This document shows, in pieces, positions 14,679 to 29,167 of a stretch of 64,000 nucleotides of DNA. The stretch comes from Eledone cirrhosa (taxonomy: Eukaryota). Position numbers and translations under genes: made by a program. Each line of letters opens with the position of its first letter. Position 1 is the stretch's first letter. Location of the stretch: positions 19,964,001 through 20,028,000 of the forward strand of contig OZ024747.1 of NCBI GenBank assembly GCA_964016885.1. The letters are read 5' to 3'. Under the pieces are notes generated by a model. The model ran no database searches, was not told the origin of the DNA, and saw nothing but the letters and a program-made list of their open reading frames with translations.

Positions 14679-14985
14679 TTCTGAAGACGTATGTATATTT
14701 TCTTACTATGATAATTTGTAATATATTTACAATAATATTTACAATAATAGAATGGACATACGGGGAAATACCCCCCAGAAACGATCGTAAAATAATGAGT
14801 TTTACTATGAATTAACAATTTTTTGTTTACTTTCATTCTTTTCACTATTTGTATTTTTGACTCTGTATCCAATGAATTATATCGTTGAAATTTTGTATTT
14901 TAAATTTGCTTCACGACATCTTCTACATACGGATTACACTGAGTTCTTCATACGGCTTAGACCCTACCATTAATTGGTGGATTTA

Positions 14986-15036
<51 letters not shown>

Positions 15037-15049
15037 ATGTATGTATATG

Positions 15050-15118
<69 letters not shown>

Positions 15119-15176
15119 CGGCGATGAATTAGTTTTGCGAGGTTTTTATATGAAATCGTGTGTCGAAACAGATATT

Positions 15177-15587
15177 GTTATATTTGGGGAGGGTCATATT
15201 TGCGTAATATTGCCAGAATTAATAACAGAACACACTCACTGTTTGGTTGGTTTTCGCTTCTCGCTGTCTTTTATATATATATATCTGCGATCTAACTTAC
15301 TCGGTCCTCAATGTTGCCATTGACTGACCGGCGGTCAAAAATAATACAGATACAATATAGACACAAACACATATATATGTAAACTATATATATGTGTTTG
15401 TGTCTATATTGTATCTGTATTATTTTTGACCGCCGGTCAGTCAATGGCAACATTGAGGACCGAGTAAGTTAGATCGCAGATATATATATATAAAAGACAG
15501 CGAGAAGCGAAAACCAACCAAACAGTGAGTGTGTTCTGTTATTAATTCTGGCAATATTACGCAAATATGACCCTCCCCAAATATAAC
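15177..15587. repeat. Long palindrome with arms of about 200 bp in (AT)n; family also present at about 5538-5600 and 7305-7430
   Basis: 15177-15378 is the reverse complement of 15386-15587. It shares ttggggagggtcatatt...acactcactgtttggtt with the two solo fragments. Confidence 0.9.
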
Positions 15588-15690
<103 letters not shown>

Positions 15691-15703
15691 GTGTGTGTAT
15701 ATG

Positions 15704-15785
<82 letters not shown>

Positions 15786-15788
15786 TAA

Positions 15789-15823
<35 letters not shown>

Positions 15824-16790
15824 TACATATATATATAGAGCGAGAGAGACACATTTATTACCATACCTATATTTATACCAAGAAATTTGTAGGACACTTA
15901 GATAATTATAGGATACATCAGAACTAATCACCATAGGTAATTATCGTTTGAGGTAGGGTTTGTTAAAACTTCCCTCCAAAACCGCTTCATTTCATTATAA
16001 GCTCTTGAAGTGTTTAACGATAGCATTGCTTTATTGGCGGCGGAATAAAATTACAAATGTTCGATTTCATAAGTGGAGTTAAATTATGGTATTTTAATAC
16101 AAGCGGATATCATTAAGAAGAGGACAATGCTGAGGCGACTGGTTAATATTGTGAATAAAATATGTTATTTATATAGAAATCTAATTTCTGTGGACCGTAT
16201 CCTATACTTATCTGAATGGCTTCTTCTGTTTTCTATTCATAAAGTTGTATATTACATTCCTGGGGGTCAAAATATTGATGCTATATTCAAATGGTCAAGA
16301 GTTTACCGTTTATTGCAAAGTATCCTGCTTTACAACAGTTTAGAAATGCTATCTTTGTTTAACTTCAAATTATTTCTTATCGTCACATAGCTGAGTACTT
16401 CAGTCATGTTTCCCTTAACGATGTTTCAGCGATAGTGTATCTTGGTGTACATTAAACAGTGTGTCATTTATCTGTTTATGGATTAGTGTTTGACTATGAT
16501 TTTGATGTGGCTGATATGCATAATACATTCTGTGACCGTGTAGTAGCTCACACGATGGATGTTAGCACTAGTAGCTGAAAAGCATCTACGTTATGTTAGA
16601 TGTGGCCTGCAGACTGGTACACACTCATAATCCGCCCTTAAATCCGACGTATCCTAATAGAATTACTGCTAGAAAATTGAACCCCCATTAAGGCTCCCAG
16701 AAGAATATTTACCTAAATACCTATACACCATCAAGGCATTTCTCATCACCTCCGAAAATATGTCATGTATGTCCTGAGCATATTATTTCT

Positions 16791-17480
16791 TTGAGGTTAA
16801 CTTTGCCTTTCATCCTTACGGGGTCGATAAAATAAAGTACCAGTAATACACTGGTTAATTGCTGGCCTTGTGCCTAACGTAGAAACAATTATTTCTTTGA
16901 GGTTGGTGGATTGGCAGTATCGGTAGAGAGTCGGACACCATGCTTTGACGCATAGAGTTACGGCACTGGCCATTCTGAGTTCAAATCCTATCGAGGTTAA
17001 CTTTGCCTTTCATCCTTACGGGATCGATTTAAATAAAGTACCAGTAATGTACTGGGTATGGCGGCCTTGTGCCTAAAATAGAAACAATTATTTCTTTGAG
17101 GTTGAATTGGCAGTATCAGTAGAGGGTTGGACGTCATGCTTTCTAGTATAGTTACGTCCTTTTATGGTCTGAGTTTAAATCCCGTCGAGGTTAACTTTGC
17201 CTTTCATCCTTACGGGGTCGATAAAATAAAGTACCAGTAATGTACTGGGTTGTGCGGCCTTGTGCCTAAAATAGAAACAATTATTTCTTTGAGGTTGAAT
17301 TGGCAGTATCAGTAGAGGGTTGGACGTCATGCTTTCTAGTATAGTTACGTCCCTTTATGGTCTGAGTACAAATCCAGTCGAGGTTAACTTTGCCTTTCAT
17401 CCTTACGAGGTCGATAAAATAAAGTACCAGTAATGTACTGGTAATTGCTGGCTTTGTGCAAAAAAGTAGAAACAATTATT
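16791..17480 (+). mobile_element. Head-to-tail array of four SINE family A units (one partial, three near-full)
   Basis: Units of about 190 bp, each joined by ATTATTTCTTTGAGGTT. Confidence 0.9.
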
Positions 17481-17805
17481 TCTATGATGTTGTTTGGAAG
17501 GAATATTATGGTATATTTTATAAAGAAGTTGATATTCAGAGCTCACGGTAACAGATACTTATTGTCAATGCATTTCATTTGAGATATCCATTATCTAATA
17601 AGCCCATATACAATCCCACGTCTGAAACCACTATCAATAAACTTGAGCGGTTTCTTACAAACCTATATGATTACACATATGTAAATTTTTCCTTAAAACC
17701 AGACAAATATATATACGTATACATAAAATATACACACACACAAACACACACACATACATACATAGATATATAGATATACATAAATGCAGACATATACATA
17801 CATAC

Positions 17806-17843
<38 letters not shown>

Positions 17844-18110
17844 CATGTATGTGAATGCTGTATTAAAATTCATGACTATGTTGCAGATTAGCTTTTATTT
17901 TGATTTATTTTTTCGCATTTCCGTAGGAGATTCATCGTCAAATATAAATAAAGGCATAATAAAACTGATATAACTGCAAAATAGACGTGAGTTTAATACA
18001 TGTCTAAAGGTAAATCTATTTCACATGCAAACCAATTTATATACATATACATACATAAATACATACATAAATACATATACACATATATATATACACACAC
18101 ATATATATAA

Positions 18111-18196
<86 letters not shown>

Positions 18197-18682
18197 TATA
18201 TACTCACACACATACATATATATCTAAAATATTACATTCAGTATATTGGAGATGAGGATAAGGCCTGAATATTAAATAGACTTTGATCTATATCTCAAAA
18301 CTTGACTGACTACCATTAAAGATTTGGCAAGCCTATAGAAAGAAATACATTTCTGTAATATTTCATCAGACACAAACATACAAACATATTCGGTCATGAA
18401 TTTCGTTTGGAATGCTGAAGTGGTTAGAAAGCATTGTATAATTTGATCAAAAGCCATACTCGTATATTTCAAACAGGAAAGTTAAACCAGAGATTTTGAA
18501 TGGATTCAACCGGCAACAATTCAAGATAACTCTTAATCCTTCACCTAAACCGTATTTTTCAATACTTTCATTTATATTTATTCCCGGAAATTTCACCTAC
18601 AAAATCGTACAAGTTCATATATCATATATAATTGTTGTTTTCTTTATACCTTTGGGCTTCTACATAAACACACACACACACA

Positions 18683-18799
<117 letters not shown>

Positions 18800-18848
18800 A
18801 AGTTTGTATACATTTACATACATATAAATATATACATGAATATTGTGA

Positions 18849-19060
18849 AGGCGTGTGGCTGAGTGGTTACAGTATTGGATTCACAATCGTGAGGTTGTGA
18901 GTTCGATTCCTGAACCAGGCGATGCGTTATGTCCTTGAGCAAGACACTTTATTTCACGTTGCTCCTTCTACCTGGAGTTGCGACCGATAGATAGTATTAG
19001 CAATTGGAAAGACCAACGGAAACATAGTTTCCTCGGTCCGATTTGACGAAAGTCGATCGA
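18849..19060 (+). mobile_element. SINE family B
   Basis: Near-identical to 13642-13852. Confidence 0.9.
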
Positions 19061-19127
19061 CTAGAAAATATATGTATATATATATATATTCTCACACACA
19101 TATATATATATGCATAATAATATGTGC

Positions 19128-19166
<39 letters not shown>

Positions 19167-19761
19167 CGTGTGGATGTGTGGATGTATACGGGTGTGTGGA
19201 TGTGTTTATCGCGTATGTTTAAGAGCTCTTTGACATGTTTCAAACGTAATAACAAAATATATGGCGGAAATTACCATACAGTATATTCTAATATATGATT
19301 CAACTGTAGTTCAATACTTTACGTAACGATCATAAACGAATAAGGCTGAAATCTTGATTATACGGTTACCCCAAAATATATATTTTTATCATCTTTTATA
19401 AATACTACACAAAGATGTTGAATTAATCTGTAATCAAGGGTTAATTTGGTTTGCTTTTGTATACCTTGTTATGGGGTCTTTCTTTCTAATGGCTCAATTT
19501 ATTATGTTTTTTTATATGATTTTTATCCATCGTATTGTGGGCCTCTTTCGCTGTTCTCTTCTAGCTGGGTGGATGTTAGTTTTATTTTATTTTTTCTTCA
19601 ATTCATGCGCTTTAAATCTCTTTATTGTATCATACATCCTGTTGGCTCCACTGATTCGTTTCACGATCACTAAACCTTTCGGGTATATATTTTAAACTGT
19701 TTTTTTTTTATCACATATATTTAGGGAATACAATCGTTGCTTTGTATCCACTCACTCCCCC

Positions 19762-19857
<96 letters not shown>

Positions 19858-19890
19858 TCACTCACACACACATGTATATATACATACATA

Positions 19891-19962
<72 letters not shown>

Positions 19963-19964
<2 letters not shown>

Positions 19965-20481
19965 AAATAAAGTTAAATAAAAGTCAAATGATTAAAATTT
20001 AGCTTCGTTTATTACTGCTATATATATTTCAGTGACAGCCATCTTTGGCTGTGACCTCTTCAGGCAGTTTGAATTAGTATGGTATAGACAAGTACATATG
20101 TTGTTTAGGTGTATGATATTGTCAATACTCTGATATGCCCAGATCCTTGTTGGGTTGTTAATTCACTGAGGATTAACAGTGAATTAACAACCCAACAAGG
20201 ATCTGGGCATATCAGAGTATTGACAATATTATACACCTAAACAACATATGTACTTGTCTATACCATACTAATTCAAACTGCCTGAAGAGGTCACAGCCAA
20301 AGATGGCTGTTACTGAAATATATATAGCAGTAATAAACGAAGCTAAATTTTAATCATTTGACTTTTATTTAACTTTATTTTACACTACTCCGGAGTAACC
20401 AAACCAACCTGCGCACTTCGTCGAGTGCTCCAGCCTACATACTGAGGTGTAGGTATACAACCAACATAAACTTAAAATCTC
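19963..20481 (+). mobile_element. Palindromic PLE insertion with a 100-bp tail in (AT)n
   Basis: Arms 19963-20168 and 20177-20382. Tail contains TACTCC...GAGTGC. Confidence 0.85.
20277..20331 (+). ncRNA. Type I hammerhead ribozyme (second copy on the minus strand at about 20014-20068)
   Basis: actgc-CTGAAGA-ggtcacagcca aaga tggctgttact-GAAA-tatata-TA-gcagt, with stems I and II pairing. Confidence 0.85.
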
Positions 20482-20523
20482 TATATATATATACACACAC
20501 ATATATATATTTACATACATACC

Positions 20524-20605
<82 letters not shown>

Positions 20606-20921
20606 TATTCAGAAGATCCCGTTAAGTGAGTGTTAAAGCAGCAATTCTTTGCTTAACTTTAATCTGTTATTTTAAGAAATATATATATATATATATATGT
20701 ATATAATTATGAAAATATGAAAACAAGTAGAAAATGCTAATGGATTTTCTCATAGAATAAGAACAAAACATTTTTTTTAAAGTAAATTATCGTACCCATT
20801 TCAGCCAATAATTGTTGAGGCTTCTTCATGCTACAGGAAATATGATAAGAAGTATATAATAAAATTAAGGTCTATATTAATTAGAGAATATAGTTTACAT
20901 ATATATAAAAATCGCACTTTC

Positions 20922-20985
<64 letters not shown>

Positions 20986-22289
20986 ATATATATATATATA
21001 TATACGCAAGCACGCAGGCACGTACACACATACACATATATTTTATTATCCTATACATTATGTGTCTCATATAATTACGTTTTCATTAATTCTTCAAAGC
21101 ATGTTCTGCTTTTTAACTTTATCTTCAAAAGAAGGCTGATTAGTAACTGTACGAGGTTTCTTCTCTTCTTTTCCTATACTTTTCCATTTTACTACTTTCG
21201 TCAATCTACCCTTTTCTTCTACTGCCAGACATCTTCTCTCTTTGTTTCTATATTCTAATAAAAGACAAGGATCAATTAGTCCAAATTTATTAAGCTTTGA
21301 ACTAAAATATTTTTGTATGGTGATGATCACTTTTTAACTTTCATGATGACTTTTCTAATTCATGAACACACACACACACACACATATATAGATGCACAGG
21401 AAGTCAGACAGACACACACACACACACACGCGCGAATAGGTAGATCTCTGGGATGTTTCATGTTTAGTACAAGTTTTAAACATTGTTGCAATTAGAACTC
21501 TTGCGTTGTTTTTAGTCTTAATACTAATATGAGAAATCTACATTATCTTCGCAATGCTTATCAAATTACATGGTCAAGGTTTCTTTCAAGCCTATGCTAT
21601 AAACTTCATGTTAAATTAATTTTATTAGAAAAGGTGGTGGAGCCAGAATGTCTATTGTTGTTAGTATCCTATGCATTAATACATTTGGTATTCCTAATTT
21701 CTATATCAACAGCAAAAATTATTCAATTCAATTTCAAAATGTATACGACAGATTCGAGAATGATTTTTACATTGTTCAACGGCTTTCATCAACTGTTATT
21801 TCAATTTTTTTCAATCAGGAAGTGGACAAACTTCCAGATGACACTATTATATTTAAAATTCGTAACTATTTATTATGACGACAAAGCAGCTGCAAATTCA
21901 ATATTCATTTCTTAACATGACTATAGAACTACATGCATTATCAAAATAAACATTGAAACTCCAATAATATTTTGAGAAGACTTTACTATAACAAAGTTGA
22001 TTATAATGGTACTTGTAAAAGTGATTATAAAATACAGACTTTGATAAATAGGGATAATGTTACTGGTATTGACGAATAACATACGTTGTGGATTTTCCTA
22101 TTAGCCAGAAACCATTCAGTACGGATGTGATATCTAATTTACAAAGGTTAGTTCTATCATATATCTATGCACACGTTAAGGGGAAAACCCATCAAAATAT
22201 GGGGATTATCTCCGTATTTCTCTCTTTCCCTTTGGTCAGTTGTAAATTGTTTTTAGTATAATTAAGTATCTATTTAACTTAAAAATCAA

Positions 22290-22482
22290 GGGCGGTAGAT
22301 TGGCAGTATTATTAGAGGGTCGGACGCCATGCTTTACATCATGGAGTTACAGGCCTTTACGATCTGAGTTCAAATGCCACCGAGGTTATCTTTGTCTTTC
22401 AACCTTATAGGGTCGATAAAATAAAGTACCAGTAATGCACTGGGATAATTGCTGGCCTTGTGCGAAAAGTAGAAACAATTAT
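22290..22482 (+). mobile_element. SINE family A, full length
   Basis: Head ggcggtagattggcagtat, core and tail all present. Confidence 0.9.
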
Positions 22483-22730
22483 AATTATGGAATCAATTAT
22501 GTTTATAGAAATAAGGAAAATAGGAATAGAAAACTACATTTCTCAGAAACAATTCTATTCCTTCCCGTATTAAAATAACTGTTTATATTTTCGTTTGAGA
22601 TATTACAGGATCGATTAACTAAACAGATGTTGTAAATCAAATAAGAAACAAATCTTTCATTTTGTGTTATTCTTTGTCGTTCGTCAGCCCTCAAATGCTT
22701 ATTTTCAAGACTTTTTTTATTTTTGCAAGA

Positions 22731-23745
22731 CTTTTTTTTTTTTTTTTAAAGTTTAATTCATTTTATGCAAGTTGTTCCAGTTACATCAATTAGATAAAAT
22801 AAGTGATTAGGACAATGGCATTGATGAGTTAATATCTGTATACAACAACTACAACGGTACGCGATGAGGCCCACCCACAGCCCCGGCGGACAGAATGGAG
22901 AAGGCGTTTCGCCGGAGGACGGCAGGGGAGACGCGCTGGAAAATCCACTCCACCTCGCGGGGCTCACACCTACGGCTGGCCAGCTCAGCGCCTATGGTTG
23001 TGAGTAAGGAGGTAGCCCTGGGGCCGAGGACACCAGAAGTCTCCACTGCCAGGGGTACGACCGCAAACCTGTCGGAGGGCGACTGATATTTGAGGAGTTT
23101 GGACCCTTCAGCCCGACGTGCAGCAGAACCTGGGTCAGTCGCAGATTGCACCAGGTTGCGGCTGCAGAAAGTGTCGGTGCAAGTGGCATCCCAGACGAGG
23201 GGTTTGCCACCGCGGAAAGGGAAGCTGCTAATGCCATCTGCCCTTTTGCCGTCCCCTCGATCAAGCCCCACCGGCTTGGGCTGGGAAGGGAAGCCTACAG
23301 CGTCCAAGCCATGCTTAATGACTTCGTTGAGGGCAGCATGGCGTGGAATGCGGCCGGCACTGTGGCGACAGAAAAGCGGGTGGAGGCCGAAAGAGTCCAC
23401 GGTGGAACCGCAACAACATTGGTATGGCTGGCAGATCCGGAGGCCGAGCCTCAGAGAAACGCCGATGCGCAGGCTATGGCTGTCTAGCTGCGTGCTAGTG
23501 GAGAAGGAGGGTAGGGCATGGAGCCAGGCACCACTGTGGGGTTTGGAGGCCGCACTAAATGAGCAAGGCGGTGCTGGTCGAGCCGGCGCATGAGCCTGTC
23601 TGAGTCCAGGCTGCACTGGATGGCATCCCAAGTGCGTTGGGGGACCTGACGTCAACAGGGGGAGAAGGAGGAGGGACGTCTACCGGGCTAAGTCCCAGCC
23701 GGTCCCACGTCTCACAGGCGGTCTCAAGTTCTCTGAACACAGCGG
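22731..23745 (-). mobile_element. CRE-clade non-LTR retrotransposon 3' fragment (Zn motif plus restriction-like endonuclease), 5'-truncated
   Basis: ORF 22849-23655 contains GAWLHALP, LRLGL, CCCG...HPLFC, RHAALN, DGKRADG, LVWDAT and PLAVETSG. The block is GC-rich and ends in poly(A) (T-run at 22732-22747). Confidence 0.85.
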
Positions 23746-24051
23746 GTTTGCAATATATTTAGATTTAATTTTCTTTTTAGAATGAGCTCAGAAATATCTT
23801 AAATCGGTTAACACAAAATATAAAGTTTTTCACTCTCAGCCACTCCACTATAGATTTGTATTATACACTCCACTGCTTTCGTGTTGAATTAAACGCCAAT
23901 GACCCATACGACTGACTAAATATGTTTATAGATATACTAGATAGAACACTTATATTATTCCGAAGCATACATATATGAGTGAGTGTATGGAAGTTTGTGA
24001 GACTGGAAAAATGACATTAGGCAAAATATAAGCAAATAAGCAAATATCTGA

Positions 24052-24119
<68 letters not shown>

Positions 24120-24155
24120 TTTACGTATATATACATATATATACATATACATATA

Positions 24156-24258
<103 letters not shown>

Positions 24259-24263
24259 CTATC

Positions 24264-24308
<45 letters not shown>

Positions 24309-24325
24309 ACCTATCTATCTATCTA

Positions 24326-24389
<64 letters not shown>

Positions 24390-27300
24390 ACACATATATA
24401 TATATATACATATATATGTATATATATATATATATATGTATGGAAGGAGGGGTTGTTTGTATGCATGTGCGTGTCTGTGAATGTGTTTGTAAATGAGATG
24501 TGTGTGTGTTTGTGTATTTACCAAGTCGCAGTAAACTTCTACTAGAATGAATTTCCCTAATCTAATTAAAATCCTTTTCCTCGTAAACTTTTTGTAATTC
24601 AATGATGTCATTATATCATTTGTGTATATGTGAGTGAGTATGTGATATATGTGTATGTCTGTATATGTGTATGTCTGTATGTGTGTGTGTGTGTGTGTCT
24701 ATAAGATATTTCTCTCCTTACATAAATACATACACTTCAATGACTAGCAAATTGTGGGAGCTTGTCTTGTTTTTGCCGGTAAGCTTGTTCTCCATGTTAT
24801 TTGTTATTGCTGATAATATTATTGTAGATGTTATTATTGTTGTTCTTGTTAGCGTTCGTCTTAGTAGTGATACTATTGGTTTTGTTTTAATTTCTAATGT
24901 TGTTTTTTGTAATACGTGTAAATGTAGCTATGTTGTTGTTGTTGTTTTTGATATTATTATTATTATTATTATTATTGTTCTTTGAGTCCAGTCATTGATG
25001 TTAGTTAACTGGAAAGTTTGTTGGAATGAATATCAAGCCACTACCTGCAGCCTCAGATATTCAGGACGTATCGGAGAGTTCTTGCTGTTCCCAGCAAGCA
25101 TGCCTATTGAAGCGTTCCAAAAAGCGGGGCGGGGCCAATTTTCTTTAACCATCCCTGGAAACTGTTTGAGATAGTACCTAGTGCGCCTATGACAATCGGG
25201 ACCACTTTGACTTCATGGCAGTTCCAAATCCTTTTTGCCTCCCATTTAAGTCCTGGTATCGGTTAATTTTCTCCCTCTCCTTCTCTTGCACTCTCGTGTC
25301 GAATGGGCAGGCCACATCTACAATCAGGCACGATCTTTTTTCCTTGTCCAAAACCACCAGGTCAGGTCTATTGTGTTCCAGTTTCTTGTCCGTCTGTATC
25401 CTAAAATCCCACAGCACCTTCACCTGATCGTTTTCTATCACCGACTCTGGCTTATGCTCATACCACTTCTAAGAATGTGGTAAATTGTTTACTTTGCATA
25501 GGTGCCAGTGGATCACTCTGCCCATCACATTATGTCTCCAGCCTTTATAGTGAGTCTGGGATAGGTGTTTACACTCGGATACAATGTGAGCCACAGTCTC
25601 CTCTCTCTCTCCACATATCCTACACAGTGGGATAGCCTCCTTGTAAATATGGTGTTTCCCCCACTTCGTTCCGAGGGCCTGGTCTTGCGCAGCCATTAGC
25701 ATTCCTTCTGTAGCCTTTTTAAGGTCTCTTCTTTTTAACCAGTTCCATGTCTGTGGATCTCTAAATTCAGTTTTCTCAAAGAAGGTACTATGAAGGGATT
25801 TCTCATGAAGGTTGCTCTTTCTCCTCGTTGTTATTTCCTCCTTGGACATCCCCTGGTCTATTGTCTTCTCCTTCAGTACAATTCTGAGCATTGGCTCCCT
25901 ACTGTCAGTCATGTATTTGTGTAGGTTGTTTTTTCTCCATCTGAACACAGTCCTCTATGCTGATAAGACCTCTTCCACCTTCAGATCTCTTTAAGTAGAG
26001 TCTATCGACATCACTCCTCTTGTGGAACATGTTGTAGATAGTCAATAGCTTCCTAGTTTTCCTATCCCTATATTTTTGTTCAGCAACACTCCGTTTCATA
26101 ATTCCTGCACTGTACCTAATAATAGACACAGCTCGGGAATTCACTGCAATTATGACATTTCTACTATTTAGATGTGATTTTAATACGCTCCTTACTCTCA
26201 TAATGTACTCAGATCTTATTAATTCCTTCATTTTTTTGTTCTTGATGTCATCTGACTCCAGAACACCTAAATATCTGTATTCTTCTTCAGTGTCAATTTC
26301 CCTTATCATCTCACCTGTCGGTACCTGGATTCCGTTGCTTCTGCTCAATTTATTCCTCTTCATCACTAGGACTCCACACTTATTAATACCAAATTCCATA
26401 CATATATCATTGCTGAAAATACGGACAGTGTCAACAAGTACATCCAACTCCTTTGCACTCTTCCCAAAGAGTTTAAGATCGTCCATGAAGAGGAGGTGGT
26501 TGATGGTAAGCTCTCTTTTTCCCAACTTGTATCCTGCTCTCACTTTTCGCAATATAATGGTCAGGGGTATCAGGGCAAGGACAAACAGCAGAGGGGACAA
26601 ACTATCTCCCTGGAAGATACCTCTTTTGATCTTCACGCCTCCCAAGCGTTAACTCTGTTTTCCAGGACTTCATACTTTTGCTCAACACCTGTCTGATGTT
26701 ATCTGCTACCTTGAAGATATCTAGGCTTTTGGTTATCCAAGAATGAAGTACCATGTCGATTGCTTTTTTGTAATCTATCCATCCCATGGCAAGACCAGTG
26801 TGTCTCCTCTTGCAATTCCTCATTACTATCTTATCAATAAGTAACTGGTCTTTTGTACCACGGGACTTCTTTCGGCATCCTTTCTGTTCGTCCGGTAACA
26901 AGTTGTTTATGTGGAGGTGATTGTAGATTTCCTCAGACACAATGCTTGTTAACAGTTTCCACATTACGGACAGACATGTGATAGGTCTATATTTGGTAAC
27001 ATCATTACCCTTGATTCGGTCTTTCATTACCAGAACTGTGGTACCTATTGTCAACCACTCTGGTACCTCACCCGACATCAAGCAGTCATTGAACATGGTT
27101 GTCAGTTTCGGGTGCAGGGATGTTATATTTTCAATCCAATACCCCTGCACACCATCTGAGCCTGGTGATTTCCAGTTGTTTAGTTTTTTGGCCTGCCCTT
27201 TAAGAGTTTCAACTGTGATACTCAAATCAGTTTGTTGATGTGCTTGTTCACTAATCTCCTTTAGTACTGTCTCAATCCACACTGCCTGACTATTATGTTC

Positions 27301-27986
27301 AACATCCTGCTCCCATATTCCTCTACAGAATGTCTGAGGCTGTTCCGCCTCAGGGATCAAGTCGTTGCCTCTTTCTTTCCCTTCAAGCTGTCCAAACAAC
27401 ATCTTCTGATTGTTGTCAAACATGCGGTTCTGTTTATACTGACTGACTCTGCTCTCATACCGCCTAATCTTTGCACTTTTTTGCTACAATGTGTTGCTTC
27501 AGTTCTTCTATGATAATATTTAGCTTTTTACCCCTAATTTTGTACTTTATTTCCAATCTATTTTTAGTGTCTATGTTTTGTAATGTCCCATTCAGTAGTG
27601 ACTCAAGCTTTCCAATGTCTTTTCTCATTTCTTTGATTTGACCATTCAGTCGTTTCTTCCACCAAGGTTCTGATCTTTCTTGTTTGTTGTTTCCTCTCGT
27701 TTTTATGCCAAGTAATTTCCTCACCGCATTTGCTGTTGCTTTGAGGATATTGTTGCATTGGTGAAGGTTCCTCGCCTCAAGGTATGGGATGACTTTGTTT
27801 ACCTTAGCTGTTGTTTCTTTTAACTTTTTCCTGTCTACAAATCTTTGGTTCATAGGTTTTCCACTATCATTGTTCATTTCATCTACCACTAAGTTCAGGA
27901 TATCAACCAAATCTTGTCCTAGCCCGTCAGCATTCATTTCCTCAATGGCCGTATCTTTGTTCCAGGTATTATTTATTTTAGCATTG

Positions 27987-28172
27987 GCTGTGGATTGGCA
28001 GTATCGGTAGAGGGTCGGACGCCATACTTTCCAGCATAGTTACGTCCCTTTACGATCTGATTTCAAATCCCGCCGAGATTGACTTTGCCTTTCATCCTTA
28101 CGTGGTCGATAAAATAAAGTACCAGTAATGCACTGGTAATTGCTGGCCTTGTGCCTAACGTAGAAACAATTA
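27987..28172 (+). mobile_element. SINE family A inserted into the R4 LINE
   Basis: Full SINE with a TSD-like attatttattt(t/c)agcatt on both sides. Confidence 0.9.
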
Positions 28173-28504
28173 TTTATTTCAGCATTCAGAACATTGTCTG
28201 CTTCGGATGCTTACTCAGGTCTCTCAACCTCTTCACGTTCATTTCCCACTGGCTCGTTTGCCTGACATACTCCACTCTCCATTTCCAACTTAATCTCTCT
28301 GCTCAGTTCCTCCAGTTCCAACTCGTTTATCCACCCATTAGTTCTTATTACCCGAGCCTGCCCGGCCAATTTTTGTTCATCTAATTTAAATAGACCAATC
28401 TCGTTCCAGATCTTATGCATCCGTTTCCTATAGCCTTTTTCCATGGGGTTACTCTTCAGGTAACATTCCATGACAGTTCTATTCAATTCTTTCGTCCAGT
28501 TGGT

Positions 28505-28632
28505 TCTTCTTCTTCTTCTTCTTCTTCTTCTTCTTCTTCTTCTTCTTCTTCTTCTTCTTCTTCTTCTTCTTCTTCTTCTTCTTCTTCTTCTTCTTCTTCT
28601 TCTTCTTCTTCTTCTTTTTTCTTCTTCTTCTT
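28505..28632. repeat. (CTT)n expansion inside the R4 ORF N-terminus
   Basis: About 40 units separate ...AGVGGRRR from RTNWTKELN. Confidence 0.9.
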
Positions 28633-29167
28633 CCTCCAACACCAGCAGTATTTGGATGACAGCCAGGTCCCTGCTGCTGGGCCAGGGAGCACTTACTGGG
28701 TGAGAATCTTTCACATGACATTCCAGTCTCCTCTTCACCGTTATTCGAACTGTTTAGATTCGACATTTAAACACTCATATCGATGATTGGTGAATGTATG
28801 TTTTTACATAACCCCCGGTTATTTCATCACCCCCAGTGATTCCATCACCCCCAGTGATGTTAGCGTAGCACCATCACGCTGTAGACGAACATAAATAAAT
28901 AAACAAACAAATAGATAAAAACTTTAAAAAATAAACATAAGTTTCAATGTAATGTTTGAATGTTTTTTTGTTTTTTTTTTCCTTTTTGTTTTTCAAGGCC
29001 AGTAACATCGGTTACTAGTGTTGTTGTTGCTGCTGCTGCTTTTTTTTGATTTTAGCTACGAGGGAAGCAGGGGTTGTTGCGCTCAAAACTTTTGAAATTT
29101 GTTTTTCTTTTGTTGTTGCATTTGTTTTTGTGTGTGTTCTGTTCTGTAATTTTTCGACTTGTCATCA

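Larger units (their letters stand above)
24978..28766 (-). mobile_element. R4/Dong-clade LINE, near full length, frameshifted
   Basis: Fragmented single ORF: N-terminal WTKELN..YRKRM..W, RT motifs [24 protein letters not shown] and [10 protein letters not shown], then C..C..H...C zinc motif and [10 protein letters not shown]...DVACP. The 3' end abuts (TAA)n. Confidence 0.95.
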
